DNA of 62,138 bases, filler included. It is 4 parts of 4 records of this genome, joined end to end, with 100 filler letters (N's around TTAATTAATTAA, not from the genome) between each part and the next. Parts side by side here need not be neighbours in the genome. Positions count along the whole stretch, not along the records: positions 19,161 to 30,456 come from SRR31156797_12890; 3 more parts are not named here. One strand, given 5' to 3'. Of the stretch, positions 19,399 to 29,614 are shown piece after piece. The translations under genes and the position numbers were made by a program. The notes beneath the pieces are model-generated. The model was not told the origin of the DNA. It did not search any database and worked only from the letters and a program-made list of their open reading frames with translations. Each line of letters starts with the position of its first letter. Within the stretch, counting starts at the first letter, position 1.

Positions 19399-20418
19399 AT
19401 GAAAAAGTTCTGGATGAAAGGTATTATTTTATCATTATTAATTTTAACATTAGCAGCGTGTGGTAAAAAAGAGGAAACATTAACAGTTTATGCAGGTATG
19501 ATGGAAGATCATGCACTTGAGGCAGTGAAATTATTTGAAAAAGAAACAGGAATTAAGACTAACATGGTAAGAATGAGTGGAGGAGAAATATTAGCGAGAA
19601 TTAGAGCTGAAAAAGCAAATCCAATAGCAGATGTATGGTATGGTGGAGGAGCACTTACATTTATCGCAGCAAACGAAGAGGGCTTATTAGAACACTATAA
19701 ATCACCGGTAAGATCAGAAATTAAGGATAATTTCAAAGATGCAGAAGGTGCATGGACAGGAATTTACAGTGGATACTTAGGAATAGAAGGAAATCAAAAA
19801 TGGCTTGAGGAAAACAATGTTGAACTTCCAAAAACATGGGATGATTTATTAAAGCCTGAGTTTAAAAATAACATTGTTGTTGCTCATCCGGGTTCGTCAA
19901 GTACGGCTTATAACTTCTTAGCTACTATTATTCAAATAAAAGGTGAAGAAGAAGGTATGAAGTATTTGCAAAAATTTAATGAACAGGTTAGACAATATAC
20001 TAAATCAGGTTCTGCACCAGGTAGAATGGTAGGATTAGGAGAAGCACCAATTGCTCTGGGATTCTTACATGATGGTATCAGATATATCAAAGAGGGATAC
20101 AAAGATATCGTATTCACTACTCCGGCTGATGGAACAGGATATGAAATTGGAGCAGTAGGAATTATCAAAAATGGTCCAAATACAGAAGCTGCGAAAAAAT
20201 TCGTAGATTGGGCATTATCAAAACAAGCTCAGGAGTTAGGACAAGAAGTTGGATCATTCCAATTCCTAACAAACAAAAATGCTACACCTCCAAAAGAAGC
20301 AGAAGTATTAAAATCGGCTAAATTAATTGATTATCAAATCAAATGGGCTGGAGAAAATAGAAAAAGACTTATTAATGAATTCAGTTCTGTAACTAGGACA
20401 ACTGCACCTACTAAATAA
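19399..20418 (+). CDS. ABC transporter substrate-binding lipoprotein, Fe3+/AfuA family, probably sugar-phosphate binding
   Basis: Lipobox LAAC; RMSGGE, DVWYGG, HPGSSSTAY, QYTKSG, FLHD and GYEIG motifs. Confidence 0.88.
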   Translation: MKKFWMKGIILSLLILTLAACGKKEETLTVYAGMMEDHALEAVKLFEKETGIKTNMVRMSGGEILARIRAEKANPIADVWYGGGALTFIAANEEGLLEHYKSPVRSEIKDNFKDAEGAWTGIYSGYLGIEGNQKWLEENNVELPKTWDDLLKPEFKNNIVVAHPGSSSTAYNFLATIIQIKGEEEGMKYLQKFNEQVRQYTKSGSAPGRMVGLGEAPIALGFLHDGIRYIKEGYKDIVFTTPADGTGYEIGAVGIIKNGPNTEAAKKFVDWALSKQAQELGQEVGSFQFLTNKNATPPKEAEVLKSAKLIDYQIKWAGENRKRLINEFSSVTRTTAPTK

Positions 20419-20602
20419 GATAATCAATGTTATAAATCTTGTAATCTTGAGTAAATTCGCTGACGCTTTAACAGCTATTTTGCGAAAAGAGTACATTAGA
20501 TTTGTTAATTGATTACTCTTATGAACAGATTTTAAAATAATTAAACAAAAAAAGAAATAATCAAAGTTATTATCTATCTCACCTAATATAGATATCAAGC
20601 AA

Positions 20603-20637
20603 AACAAACAGGGTTGGAATTATCCACCCTGTTTGTT
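20603..20637 (+). terminator. Intercistronic hairpin between the binding-protein and permease genes
   Basis: AACAAACAGGGT-TGGA-ATTA-TCCA-CCCTGTTTGTT. Confidence 0.65.
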
Positions 20638-20687
20638 GAATAAAAACTAATTATATGCAGTTAAGAAAAAAATATAAGGAGTAAAGA

Positions 20688-22403
20688 ATGGAAAGTGTAA
20701 GAACTCAAGCGAAAAAGCAGAATAATTTTTCACTAAAATTAACTAATGAGATAAAAAATCTGAAAAAACTTTATAATGATCCTATTTTATCAATAACAAT
20801 TATATTTTCATTATTAGTTGTAGTATTTTTTATCTTACTTCCATTATTTAGTATTCTAAAATCATCTCTACTAAATAATAGTGGTAAGTTGACAATGGAA
20901 CATTATAAAAATATAGCAACTCAGCCCGGTTCAGCTCAAATAATATGGAATACAGTTAAATTAGGAGTTGTAACAGGGAGTTTAGCAACAATAATTGGTT
21001 TTTTATTTGCATATGTGACTACTTATATTCATATACCGGGTAAAAAACTGTTTAATTCAATAGCAATTCTTCCTATTATCTCACCACCATTTGTTGTGGC
21101 ATTATCAGCGATTTTGCTGTTTGGAAGAACCGGCCTTATTACTAAAAAATTATTAGGAATCAATCATGAGATTTATGGTTTCAAAGGTTTAGTGCTTGTA
21201 CAAACACTAACTTTTTTTCCGGTAGCGTATCTTATGCTGGTAGGTTTACTTGAAAAGATTGACCCGTCAGTTGAGGAAGCGGCTAGAGATCTGGGAGCTT
21301 CCAGATGGAATGTATTTAGAACTATTACACTACCTCTTATGGTTCCGGGCTTAGCTAATGCATTTTTAGTAGTATTTATTCAGGCAATAGCAGATTTTGG
21401 AAATCCTATGGTTATAGGTGGAAACTTTACTACAGCAGCAGTTCAGATATATCTGCAAGGAATAGGAAGTTTCGATATGGGAGCTGCAACAGCGCTTTCG
21501 ATAGTTTTACTATCACTATCAGTAGGGATTTTCGTACTTCAAAAATACTATATTAGTAAAAGATCATACGTAACAGTTACAGGTAAAGTATCAAAAGCTA
21601 GGGAGAAAGTTACAAATAAAAAAATAGCATATCCTTTAACAGGAGTATTATTTTTAATTACACTTATTGTTATTATGATGTACGGTTTAATTCCAATAGT
21701 TGCTTTTGTTAAACTATGGGGAGTAGATTTCTCATTCTCATTAGCAAATTTCCAATATGTATTTAGAATAGGTATGAAACCAATATTTGACACTACATTT
21801 TTAGCTCTTATTGCTACACCAATCACAGGAATTATTGCAATGGTAATCGGATTCCTGATAGTTCGTAAAAAATTCCTAGGTAGATCATTTATCGAATTCA
21901 TGACTATGATTGCCTTAGCTATTCCAGGTACAATTATTGGACTAGGATATGTACTTACTTATAATAAAAAACCACTAATATTAACGGGGACAGCAATTAT
22001 TATCTTGATAGCATTTATCATTAGAAATATGCCGGTTGGTATCAGATCAGCTATTGCGGCACTTCAGCAGATCGATCCTTCGATTGAAGAGGCAGCATGT
22101 GTATTGGGTGCAGATAGTAGAAAAGTATTTACTTCTATTACATTACCAATGATCAAACCTGCATTTTTCAGTGGACTAATATATGCATTTGTTAGAAGTA
22201 TGACACTTATCAGTACTATTATATTCTTAATTTCTGCCAGATTTAATCTTTTAACACCTGCAATTATGGCGCAGATTGATTTAGGTAGATTAGGAGTAGC
22301 ATCAGCATATTGTACAATACTGATTATTATTGTTAGTTCGTTTATTATGCTAATGAAATTTATCCTTAAAATGATAGGTATAGACGAAATATCAGAAGCT
22401 TAA
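20688..22403 (+). CDS. ABC transporter permease (fused double domain, FbpB/AfuB type)
   Basis: Two EAA loops (IDPSVEEAARDLGA and IDPSIEEAACVLGA); about 12 TM segments. Confidence 0.94.
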   Translation: MESVRTQAKKQNNFSLKLTNEIKNLKKLYNDPILSITIIFSLLVVVFFILLPLFSILKSSLLNNSGKLTMEHYKNIATQPGSAQIIWNTVKLGVVTGSLATIIGFLFAYVTTYIHIPGKKLFNSIAILPIISPPFVVALSAILLFGRTGLITKKLLGINHEIYGFKGLVLVQTLTFFPVAYLMLVGLLEKIDPSVEEAARDLGASRWNVFRTITLPLMVPGLANAFLVVFIQAIADFGNPMVIGGNFTTAAVQIYLQGIGSFDMGAATALSIVLLSLSVGIFVLQKYYISKRSYVTVTGKVSKAREKVTNKKIAYPLTGVLFLITLIVIMMYGLIPIVAFVKLWGVDFSFSLANFQYVFRIGMKPIFDTTFLALIATPITGIIAMVIGFLIVRKKFLGRSFIEFMTMIALAIPGTIIGLGYVLTYNKKPLILTGTAIIILIAFIIRNMPVGIRSAIAALQQIDPSIEEAACVLGADSRKVFTSITLPMIKPAFFSGLIYAFVRSMTLISTIIFLISARFNLLTPAIMAQIDLGRLGVASAYCTILIIIVSSFIMLMKFILKMIGIDEISEA

Positions 22404-22437
22404 TAAAAACTCTAAATAAAAATAGGAGAGAATATAG

Positions 22438-23505
22438 ATGAAAGAAACAAAAAGACTTAGAATAAAAGATTTAACAAAAACATTTGTTACAGATGATAAT
22501 AGAAGAGTAGAAGCAGTTAAAAATATTAATCTAAATATTGAACCGGGAGAGTTTGTATGTTTACTTGGCCCTTCAGGATGTGGTAAAACGACTACTCTTA
22601 GAATGTTAGCAGGATTTGAGATGCCAACTAGTGGTCATATTGAGATAGGAGATGAAGATGTTGAAAGGTTAACTCCTGATAAGAGAGATACAGCTATGGT
22701 CTTTCAAAACTATGCTCTATTTCCTCATATGAATGTATTTGATAATATCGCATATGGTTTAAAACTGCAGAAGCTTCCTAAAGAGGAGGTAAAGGAAAGA
22801 GTAGAAAAAATCTTAGGACTTATGAAAATGGACGATTTCGCTAAGAGAGTTCCGTCTCAGATGTCAGGTGGGCAGCAGCAAAGAGTAGCTTTAGCTAGAG
22901 GTATAGTTATGGAACCAGGTGTATTACTATTTGATGAGCCGTTATCAAATCTTGATGCGAAACTTAGAATTCATATGAGAGATGAAATAAGAAAGATACA
23001 GAAAAAAGTAGGAATTACATCTGTCTATGTTACTCATGATCAATCAGAAGCTATGGGGCTTTCTGATAAAATAGTTATCATGAATGCCGGAAATATTGAA
23101 CAGGTTGGAAGTCCTCATGAGGTTTATCAAAGACCTGTAAATGAGTTTGTTGCCAACTTTATAGGTAAAGCTAATATAGTTGATGCAGAAGTAATCGATA
23201 AAAATGGAAATGAACTTTTACTTGATATTTATGGAACTAAATATAAAGTAGAAAGTGAAAAAAATTATGAAATATCAGATAAAGTTAGGATAGTGATAAG
23301 ACCGGAGGCTATCGATATTGAAAAAGATGATTTCAAAGGAATTGTTACTAAGACAATGTTCATGGGACATCATCATGAGTATGAAGTAGATTTTAATGGT
23401 AAAAAGATCGAAATTTCATATAACAATCCTATTAGTAGAAAAATCTATACAGTAGGAGAAACGCTGACTTTTTCATTTGATCCGAAAGCTATACATGTAC
23501 TTTAA
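22438..23505 (+). CDS. ABC transporter ATP-binding subunit (FbpC/AfuC/PotA type, TOBE tail)
   Basis: GPSGCGKT, MSGGQQQR, LLFDEPLSNLD and YVTHD. Confidence 0.95.
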   Translation: MKETKRLRIKDLTKTFVTDDNRRVEAVKNINLNIEPGEFVCLLGPSGCGKTTTLRMLAGFEMPTSGHIEIGDEDVERLTPDKRDTAMVFQNYALFPHMNVFDNIAYGLKLQKLPKEEVKERVEKILGLMKMDDFAKRVPSQMSGGQQQRVALARGIVMEPGVLLFDEPLSNLDAKLRIHMRDEIRKIQKKVGITSVYVTHDQSEAMGLSDKIVIMNAGNIEQVGSPHEVYQRPVNEFVANFIGKANIVDAEVIDKNGNELLLDIYGTKYKVESEKNYEISDKVRIVIRPEAIDIEKDDFKGIVTKTMFMGHHHEYEVDFNGKKIEISYNNPISRKIYTVGETLTFSFDPKAIHVL

Positions 23506-23547
23506 AAGGAGTACTCAAAGCATAGCTATAGATAGGTAGGTGATGCA

Positions 23548-24258
23548 ATGCAAGGTTTAGAATTAAGTGAAATTTTAATTAGAATATTCACTGCCATTGT
23601 AACAGGTGGTGTGATAGGTTTAGAAAGGGAAATAAAAAATAAACCTGCAGGATTCATTACGCATATTGTTTTATGTGTTGGCGCAGCTGTTATTGCAATT
23701 ATTCAGCTGAAACTCACTTATCAATCAATAGCTATTATGAGAGTTAATCCTGATCTTGCAGCAGGTATGAAGGTTGATAACGGAAGGTTGATTGCACAAG
23801 TTATAAGTGGAGTGGGATTTCTGGGAGCAGGAACAATTATCCAGAATAAGGGCAGCGTCAAAGGCATAACTACAGCTGCGACACTTTGGTTAACAGCGTG
23901 TCTGGGTATAGCAGTTGGTCTGGGTTATTATGTACTCGCACTTGGAACAGCAGCAGTTGCGACTTCCATGATACTTATACTCAAGAAGATAGAGCTACGT
24001 CATATAGAGAAAAGAATGAAGAAAAAAATTCAAATTATCTATGTAGCTGATCCGGCAGTTGAGACTAAGATCAAAAATTATCTCTTAACTAAAAGAATAA
24101 AAATTCGTGGTAAAAATTTCTTAAGTGAGATTTATAACGGGGAAGAGACTGAGAGAAAAACCATATTTACTCTAATGGTTCCCAAGTTTATAAATATTGC
24201 TAGTATGGTAGATGAAATGAAGAAAATGGATGATGTGATTAATGTCATAAATTTGTAA
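23548..24258 (+). CDS. MgtC/SapB family membrane protein
   Basis: IGLERE..NKPAG..TH, RLIAQVISGVGFLGAG and GITTAATLW. Confidence 0.93.
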   Translation: MQGLELSEILIRIFTAIVTGGVIGLEREIKNKPAGFITHIVLCVGAAVIAIIQLKLTYQSIAIMRVNPDLAAGMKVDNGRLIAQVISGVGFLGAGTIIQNKGSVKGITTAATLWLTACLGIAVGLGYYVLALGTAAVATSMILILKKIELRHIEKRMKKKIQIIYVADPAVETKIKNYLLTKRIKIRGKNFLSEIYNGEETERKTIFTLMVPKFINIASMVDEMKKMDDVINVINL

Positions 24259-24271
24259 ATTAAATAATACT

Positions 24272-24302
24272 AAAAAGTTCTCTGAAAATAGGAGAACTTT
24301 TT
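24272..24302 (+). terminator. Intrinsic terminator after mgtC
   Basis: AAAAAGTTCTC-tgaaaatag-GAGAACTTTTT. Confidence 0.8.
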
Positions 24303-24392
24303 CTTCTATAAAAATTAAACTAAGGGTATAATAAAGAGCTGTATAAAATTATGTTTTTAATTATGAACTTTATTTTAAGAAAGGAACTTTTA

Positions 24393-25418
24393 ATGAAAAA
24401 ATATAGATCTCCTTTATGGATTTTAACTTTTTTACTTGTTTTAATTATAGGTATTAAAATTAATAATAATAAAATTGAAAATAATGAAAGTCAAATTGAA
24501 GATTTAGTTGTACTATCTCCTCATCCCTTTAGCTTTATTGAGCCTTTAGTTAATAGATTTGAGGCGAAACACGGCATAAGGATAAAGATAGTTTCAAAAG
24601 GTAGTTTAGAGTTGTTAGAGAGTATAAAAACTAGTGAAGTAGCTGGTGATATTTTCTGGGGTGGTTCTCTTACAACTTTATTATCAGAAATAGATTATTT
24701 TGAAGAGTATCGATCACGTAATGAAGAATATGTTCTTAAGAACTATAAAAATAGTGAAGGGAAAATTACAAGATTTACTGTTGTCCCAAGTATAATTATG
24801 ATTAATCGAAATTTAGCCGGTGATATTAAAATTAATGGTTTTATGGATTTGCTAAAGCTTGAACTAAAAAGTAAAATAGCAGTAGCTGATCCGTCGAGAT
24901 CATCTTCATCATTTGAGCATCTTATGAATCAGTTATATGCAACCAGTAATAATAGCCAGCCTAACTGGAACTATGTAGATGTGTTGCTTAGAGATATGGA
25001 CATTAATATTTTAGACAGATCGTCAGAAGTCTATAAGGGGGTTGCTGAGGGTAAATTTATGATAGGTTGTACTTTCGAAGAGGCAGCAGCTAGTTATGTG
25101 AGAAATGGTGCACCAGTTGAAATAGTATATCCTATAGAGGGAACAGCTCTTGTTCCTGATGGTGTAGCAATAATTAAAGGTAGTAAAAATATTGATAATG
25201 CAAAACTCTTTATTGATTTTTTAAGCTCAAAAGATACTCAGACTTTTATTGCACAAGAGTTAAATAGAAGATCAGTGAGAAAAGATGTAGTTGTATCAAA
25301 GAGTTTAAAATCTCTTTCAGATATTAAAATTATTGATTATGATTTAAACTTTGCTGCAACTAAAAAAGATGAAATTTTAGATAAATATAGTGATTTGTTA
25401 TTAAAATATGATAAATAA
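24393..25418 (+). CDS. Second extracellular solute-binding protein (HptA-like sensor accessory)
   Basis: N-terminal anchor; LSPHP, DIFWGG, ADPSRSSSS and YPIEGT..PDGVA; directly upstream of the kinase; RBS AAGGA before ATG 24393. Confidence 0.85.
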   Translation: MKKYRSPLWILTFLLVLIIGIKINNNKIENNESQIEDLVVLSPHPFSFIEPLVNRFEAKHGIRIKIVSKGSLELLESIKTSEVAGDIFWGGSLTTLLSEIDYFEEYRSRNEEYVLKNYKNSEGKITRFTVVPSIIMINRNLAGDIKINGFMDLLKLELKSKIAVADPSRSSSSFEHLMNQLYATSNNSQPNWNYVDVLLRDMDINILDRSSEVYKGVAEGKFMIGCTFEEAAASYVRNGAPVEIVYPIEGTALVPDGVAIIKGSKNIDNAKLFIDFLSSKDTQTFIAQELNRRSVRKDVVVSKSLKSLSDIKIIDYDLNFAATKKDEILDKYSDLLLKYDK

Positions 25419-25514
25419 AAAAATATTAAATAATAAAAACAATTAGATTATTTTTCTAAACAAAGTCAGTTTAATGCGTACTGACTTAGAAAAACAAATA
25501 GAATAGGTGAAAAA

Positions 25515-27269
25515 ATGAGTACAGAGAGAAAAATGTTTCGTGATGAATTAGAAAATATATTTATAGCTTATGCACTTATACCAACATTGATATTTTCAAT
25601 TATTTTTTATAGCTTTTTTATATTCAATCATGTGCGAACTATAAAAAGCAATAATAAAAAAAATAATCAAAACGTTGCTGAAGTATTAGAGCATGAGTTT
25701 ATTAAGTATGAAAATGAAATAAATTCTCTGATTAAAAATCCTTCTATTTTGGATACTTTAGCGTATATTAATGACAAAACAAGTGCATATGAGTATCTGT
25801 ATGATTTTGTAAATACTCGTGAGCTTGGCAGTCTTTTTTATTTGTTTGATAATGAAGGAGAGCTTCTATTAACAAACTCATGGGAGAAAGAATCAAGGTT
25901 AAGCGGAATAAATGAAGCGAAGCAAAAAATAAGCAAACTTAAGAGTTTTGCAAATGGAACACACATGCTAAGAGAAGAAAATATTCTATTAGCTAAAAAA
26001 GAAACGGTATACTCTATAGGCCGAAAAATTCAAAACCATAGAGGCCGTGATATTGGTTATATTTTATTTGAATTTTTGCAAAATGATTTTAATAATATTA
26101 TTCATAATGCCCATGTTGATTCTATAGTTGTTACCGATAAGTTTAAAAATGTTATTCTGAGTACGAATAATACACTTATTAATGAGATAGGTAAACTTGC
26201 ATTAAACGATATGGGTGCTGGTTGGCAAGAGTTTAGAGCTACAAACTATTATGTATATCGTTCTAATATATTAAATAACGGAATAACTATATATACACTA
26301 ACTATTATGAATCCTGTTAATGAATCATATATTTTAGGTCTTGCTTTTATGATATTGATATTTGTATTTTTGCTTTTATTAACTAGGATTACAGCTAGAA
26401 AGATGGCTAAGAATAAGAGTAAATCCCTGGATGAGTTATTAGCAGCGATTAAGAGAGTGCAGAAGGGTGATCTGAATGCCTTTGTTGATATTAAAACTAA
26501 TGATGAGTTCGAAATAATTGGTGCTTATTATAATAAAATGCTGATAAAGATAAATAAATTAATAGATGAAAATGAGGAACAGGCTGAACGTAATAAAATA
26601 GTTGAGATAAAACAGTTAGAGTCACAATTTAATCCACATTTTTTATTTAATACATTGGAGATTATCAAATATACGATAAGAACAGCACCGGAAAATGCAG
26701 TGAAAATACTGGTGAGTATGTCGAATCTACTTAGATACAGTATCAATAATAAAGAGCAAAAAGTGGAACTTCAAAATGATATAGAACACATAAAAGATTA
26801 TATGCTGATTCAAAAATTTAGATTTGAAAATAGCCTGAATTATGAGTTAGAGATGGAATCCGGAGTAGAGGAGTGTATAGTTCCAAAACTGACTATTCAA
26901 CCATTTATTGAGAATAGTATAAAGTATGGTTTTTTAGATAGAGAAGCATTAAATATAAGATTAAGATGTTTTTTTCAGGAAGTAAATATAGCCTTTGGAG
27001 TAGAAAAAGACCTGATATTGGAAATATCTAATGATGGTAAACACATTGATGAACAGCAGATGAGTGAGATAAAAGAGCTTCTACATGGCGCTGATAATAA
27101 GACAAATCATATAGGTATATATAATATTCATCGAAGAGTACAGTTGATGTATGGCAAAGAGTATGGTGTAAGTATAGAAAATCAATATGAAAATGAATGT
27201 GATTCCGGAGTAGTTGTGACAATAAAACTACCGGTAATATTTAAAGAGACAGGTGTTATAGATGATTAG
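25515..27269 (+). CDS. YesM/HptS-type sensor histidine kinase
   Basis: Two TM segments, HAMP, LESQFNPHFLFNTL, QPFIENSIKYG and HIGIYNI. Confidence 0.94.
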   Translation: MSTERKMFRDELENIFIAYALIPTLIFSIIFYSFFIFNHVRTIKSNNKKNNQNVAEVLEHEFIKYENEINSLIKNPSILDTLAYINDKTSAYEYLYDFVNTRELGSLFYLFDNEGELLLTNSWEKESRLSGINEAKQKISKLKSFANGTHMLREENILLAKKETVYSIGRKIQNHRGRDIGYILFEFLQNDFNNIIHNAHVDSIVVTDKFKNVILSTNNTLINEIGKLALNDMGAGWQEFRATNYYVYRSNILNNGITIYTLTIMNPVNESYILGLAFMILIFVFLLLLTRITARKMAKNKSKSLDELLAAIKRVQKGDLNAFVDIKTNDEFEIIGAYYNKMLIKINKLIDENEEQAERNKIVEIKQLESQFNPHFLFNTLEIIKYTIRTAPENAVKILVSMSNLLRYSINNKEQKVELQNDIEHIKDYMLIQKFRFENSLNYELEMESGVEECIVPKLTIQPFIENSIKYGFLDREALNIRLRCFFQEVNIAFGVEKDLILEISNDGKHIDEQQMSEIKELLHGADNKTNHIGIYNIHRRVQLMYGKEYGVSIENQYENECDSGVVVTIKLPVIFKETGVIDD

Positions 27270-28062
27270 AATATTAATAGTAGAAGATGAGAATATAATA
27301 AGAAAAGGTCTTGTTTACACAATAGATTGGACCAGTATGGATTGTGTAATAGTAGGCGAGGCAAAAAATGGTGAAGAGGGTATAGCTAAAATAGAGGAAC
27401 TAAAACCTGATATTGTTATAACGGATATTAGAATGCCAAAACTTGATGGATTAGAGATGTTACAACAAGCGAACAATATACATAAGTTTGAATCTATAGT
27501 TATCTCAAGTTATTCGGAGTTTGAATATGCTAAGCAGGCAATTAAGCTAGGTGTATTTGATTATTTGCTTAAACCTATTGATGAAGATAAGTTAAAGTTA
27601 TTAATTTCTAAAGTAAAAGATGAGATTATGAGTAAAAAAATATATAAAGAGATAAAAAAGCAAGTTAAAGATATCGATCAAATAACTATTTTAGATATTG
27701 ATCAATATAGCAATTCATCAAAAATTAAGTCTAAGTATACAAAAAAAGCTATTAAATTTATAGTGCGAAATTACAAGCTAAAAATTTCTGTTGAAGAATT
27801 ATCAGATAAACTTGATGTTAGTTCAAGTTATTTAAGTAGAAAATTTAAACAAGAGACAGGACATACTTTTAATAACTTTATAAATAGATATAGGGTTCAA
27901 AAATCTCTGGAATTACTGGAGACAGGAGAGTATAAAGTTTACGAAATTGCTGATCTTGTAGGTTTTAGTAATTACAAATATTTTTCAAAAGTTTTTAAAG
28001 ATTATCTAAATTGTTCACCTCTGGAATTTGCTAATTCTAATTGGAAAGAAAGAGTGAATTAA
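27262..28062 (+). CDS. YesN/HptR-type response regulator (REC plus AraC HTH)
   Basis: ILIVEDE, DIRMP, YLLKP and C-terminal SYLSRKFK...EIADLVGF..YKYFSKVFK. Confidence 0.95.
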   Translation: MIRILIVEDENIIRKGLVYTIDWTSMDCVIVGEAKNGEEGIAKIEELKPDIVITDIRMPKLDGLEMLQQANNIHKFESIVISSYSEFEYAKQAIKLGVFDYLLKPIDEDKLKLLISKVKDEIMSKKIYKEIKKQVKDIDQITILDIDQYSNSSKIKSKYTKKAIKFIVRNYKLKISVEELSDKLDVSSSYLSRKFKQETGHTFNNFINRYRVQKSLELLETGEYKVYEIADLVGFSNYKYFSKVFKDYLNCSPLEFANSNWKERVN

Positions 28063-28082
28063 GTTCTGTGATATAAAGTGAT

Positions 28083-28120
28083 AAAAATTTAGTCATAAAT
28101 TTTAGTTATGGCTAATTTTT
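28083..28120 (+). terminator. Probable terminator after the response regulator
   Basis: AAAAATTTAGTCATAA-loop-TTATGGCTAATTTTT imperfect hairpin. Confidence 0.55.
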
Positions 28121-28132
28121 GTGAAACTTCAC

Positions 28133-28161
28133 TTGACAAATCCGAATAAAAAAGTTATAAA
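28133..28161 (+). promoter_or_regulatory. Sigma70-type promoter
   Basis: TTGACA-N17-TATAAA. Confidence 0.75.
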
Positions 28162-28216
28162 TAGTAGTAAATTAATTAAAATTTAACCTTTTTATATATA
28201 TTAGGAGGTGTTTATC

Positions 28217-28615
28217 ATGAGTGAACAAAATCGAATGTCCCGTGAAGACCTGGAGGCTGAAGTAAAGGAATTCAGGAAAGAGAAAGAAAGAGTTAGAAAA
28301 ATTGTTGGCCAAATTGGTGGTCATAAAACGAAAAAGTTTGATACGATGATAAATATTAGCTTTTTAGTAGTAGTATTGACAGTTTTTGTAATGGGTGGTT
28401 TATTACACTGGATAGATGTTACTCTGTCGTTAGAAATCGGAGTATTATTGGTATCGCTAAAAATTGCCTATATGATCCGTGAACAAGAAAAAGTTAATCA
28501 TTTTCAGTTTTGGGTTTTAACATCACTAGAATTCAGACTTAATGAAATGTCGAAAAAAAATAAGAAATTAGAAAAAATGATGAAAGAAATGCACGATAAT
28601 CAGAATCAAGCATAA
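28217..28615 (+). CDS. Small hypothetical membrane protein (two TM segments, coiled-coil ends)
   Basis: RBS AGGAGGT, own promoter, and a terminator hairpin AGAATCAAGC/GCTTGATTCT over the stop. Confidence 0.85.
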   Translation: MSEQNRMSREDLEAEVKEFRKEKERVRKIVGQIGGHKTKKFDTMINISFLVVVLTVFVMGGLLHWIDVTLSLEIGVLLVSLKIAYMIREQEKVNHFQFWVLTSLEFRLNEMSKKNKKLEKMMKEMHDNQNQA

Positions 28616-28644
28616 CGCTTGATTCTTTTAGTTTTTGTAATAAT

Positions 28645-29523
28645 TTACTCTTCTTTTATTTCAACCAGACTCTCAATTTTTACATCTAGTTTAATATGTT
28701 CCTTAAGAGTTTTAAGAAGAGATGCAGCTAACCATATTCTGTACTGATTATTTATTTTACTATCTTTATTATCTACAAAGGATTTAAGAAGTTGACACGT
28801 TGATATAAACTCTTCAGCAACATTAGTTCTAATTTCTTCATTAAACGAGCCACAGCCTTCAAAGTCTTTTATTGCTGTGTTATTCCCAATACCCTTTAAA
28901 ACAGTTTTAATATTATTAGGAAAATGATAATGACAGATATCAACTCTGGCTATTTGCTGATCCAATTCATTTATGCTATTCTCATTACTTAGTGATTTCA
29001 TAGTTTTCCAATCCCAAGTTAATCTAGATATCAGGAGTTTAACATATCGCTCTTTAGTTTGATTTTTTTCACCAATTAAATCAAAAACACTTTGGTTAAA
29101 CTCTACATTATATTTAATATTTTGCGTCAAAAAAAGTGGATCGAGCCATTTTTTTAATGCCCAAACATATTGTTGTCCTAATAAACTACGTCCGCTATTT
29201 TCTGTTTTGCATATAGTCTCACCGTTTCGAATATGGCATCTTCCGATGTTCTCAGGTATTATATCAGCTTTTAATTCTAAAATTGCCTCTTTGATATATT
29301 TTATATGTGTTTTATATTTGAAATGACATATTTCAAGCCGTGTAATTAATTCCCTGATTTGAATTATTTCTATTGCTAATGATTCAAATGAATCTTCAAT
29401 GGAATTGATTTTTGCAATTTCAGAGTCGTTATTTTCTACTTCTATATTTGACCATTTATACATCTTACATTCCTCCAAAGTTTGATATATATTATTATAA
29501 CTTTTAAACTGATGTATTTGCAA
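28645..29523 (-). CDS. Hypothetical protein with a duplicated Rx[DE]ICH[FY] motif
   Basis: 292-codon ORF in very AT-rich DNA; start uncertain (MYKWS at 29463 is an alternative). Confidence 0.7.
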   Translation of the reverse strand: MQIHQFKSYNNIYQTLEECKMYKWSNIEVENNDSEIAKINSIEDSFESLAIEIIQIRELITRLEICHFKYKTHIKYIKEAILELKADIIPENIGRCHIRNGETICKTENSGRSLLGQQYVWALKKWLDPLFLTQNIKYNVEFNQSVFDLIGEKNQTKERYVKLLISRLTWDWKTMKSLSNENSINELDQQIARVDICHYHFPNNIKTVLKGIGNNTAIKDFEGCGSFNEEIRTNVAEEFISTCQLLKSFVDNKDSKINNQYRIWLAASLLKTLKEHIKLDVKIESLVEIKEE

Positions 29524-29614
29524 AAAAATAAGATAAACTTTGCTTCAAATTTTGTTTTTTAAACTGTTTTTAAAGTATAATAATAATAGATATTTATAAA
29601 GAGTGAGGTGAAAT

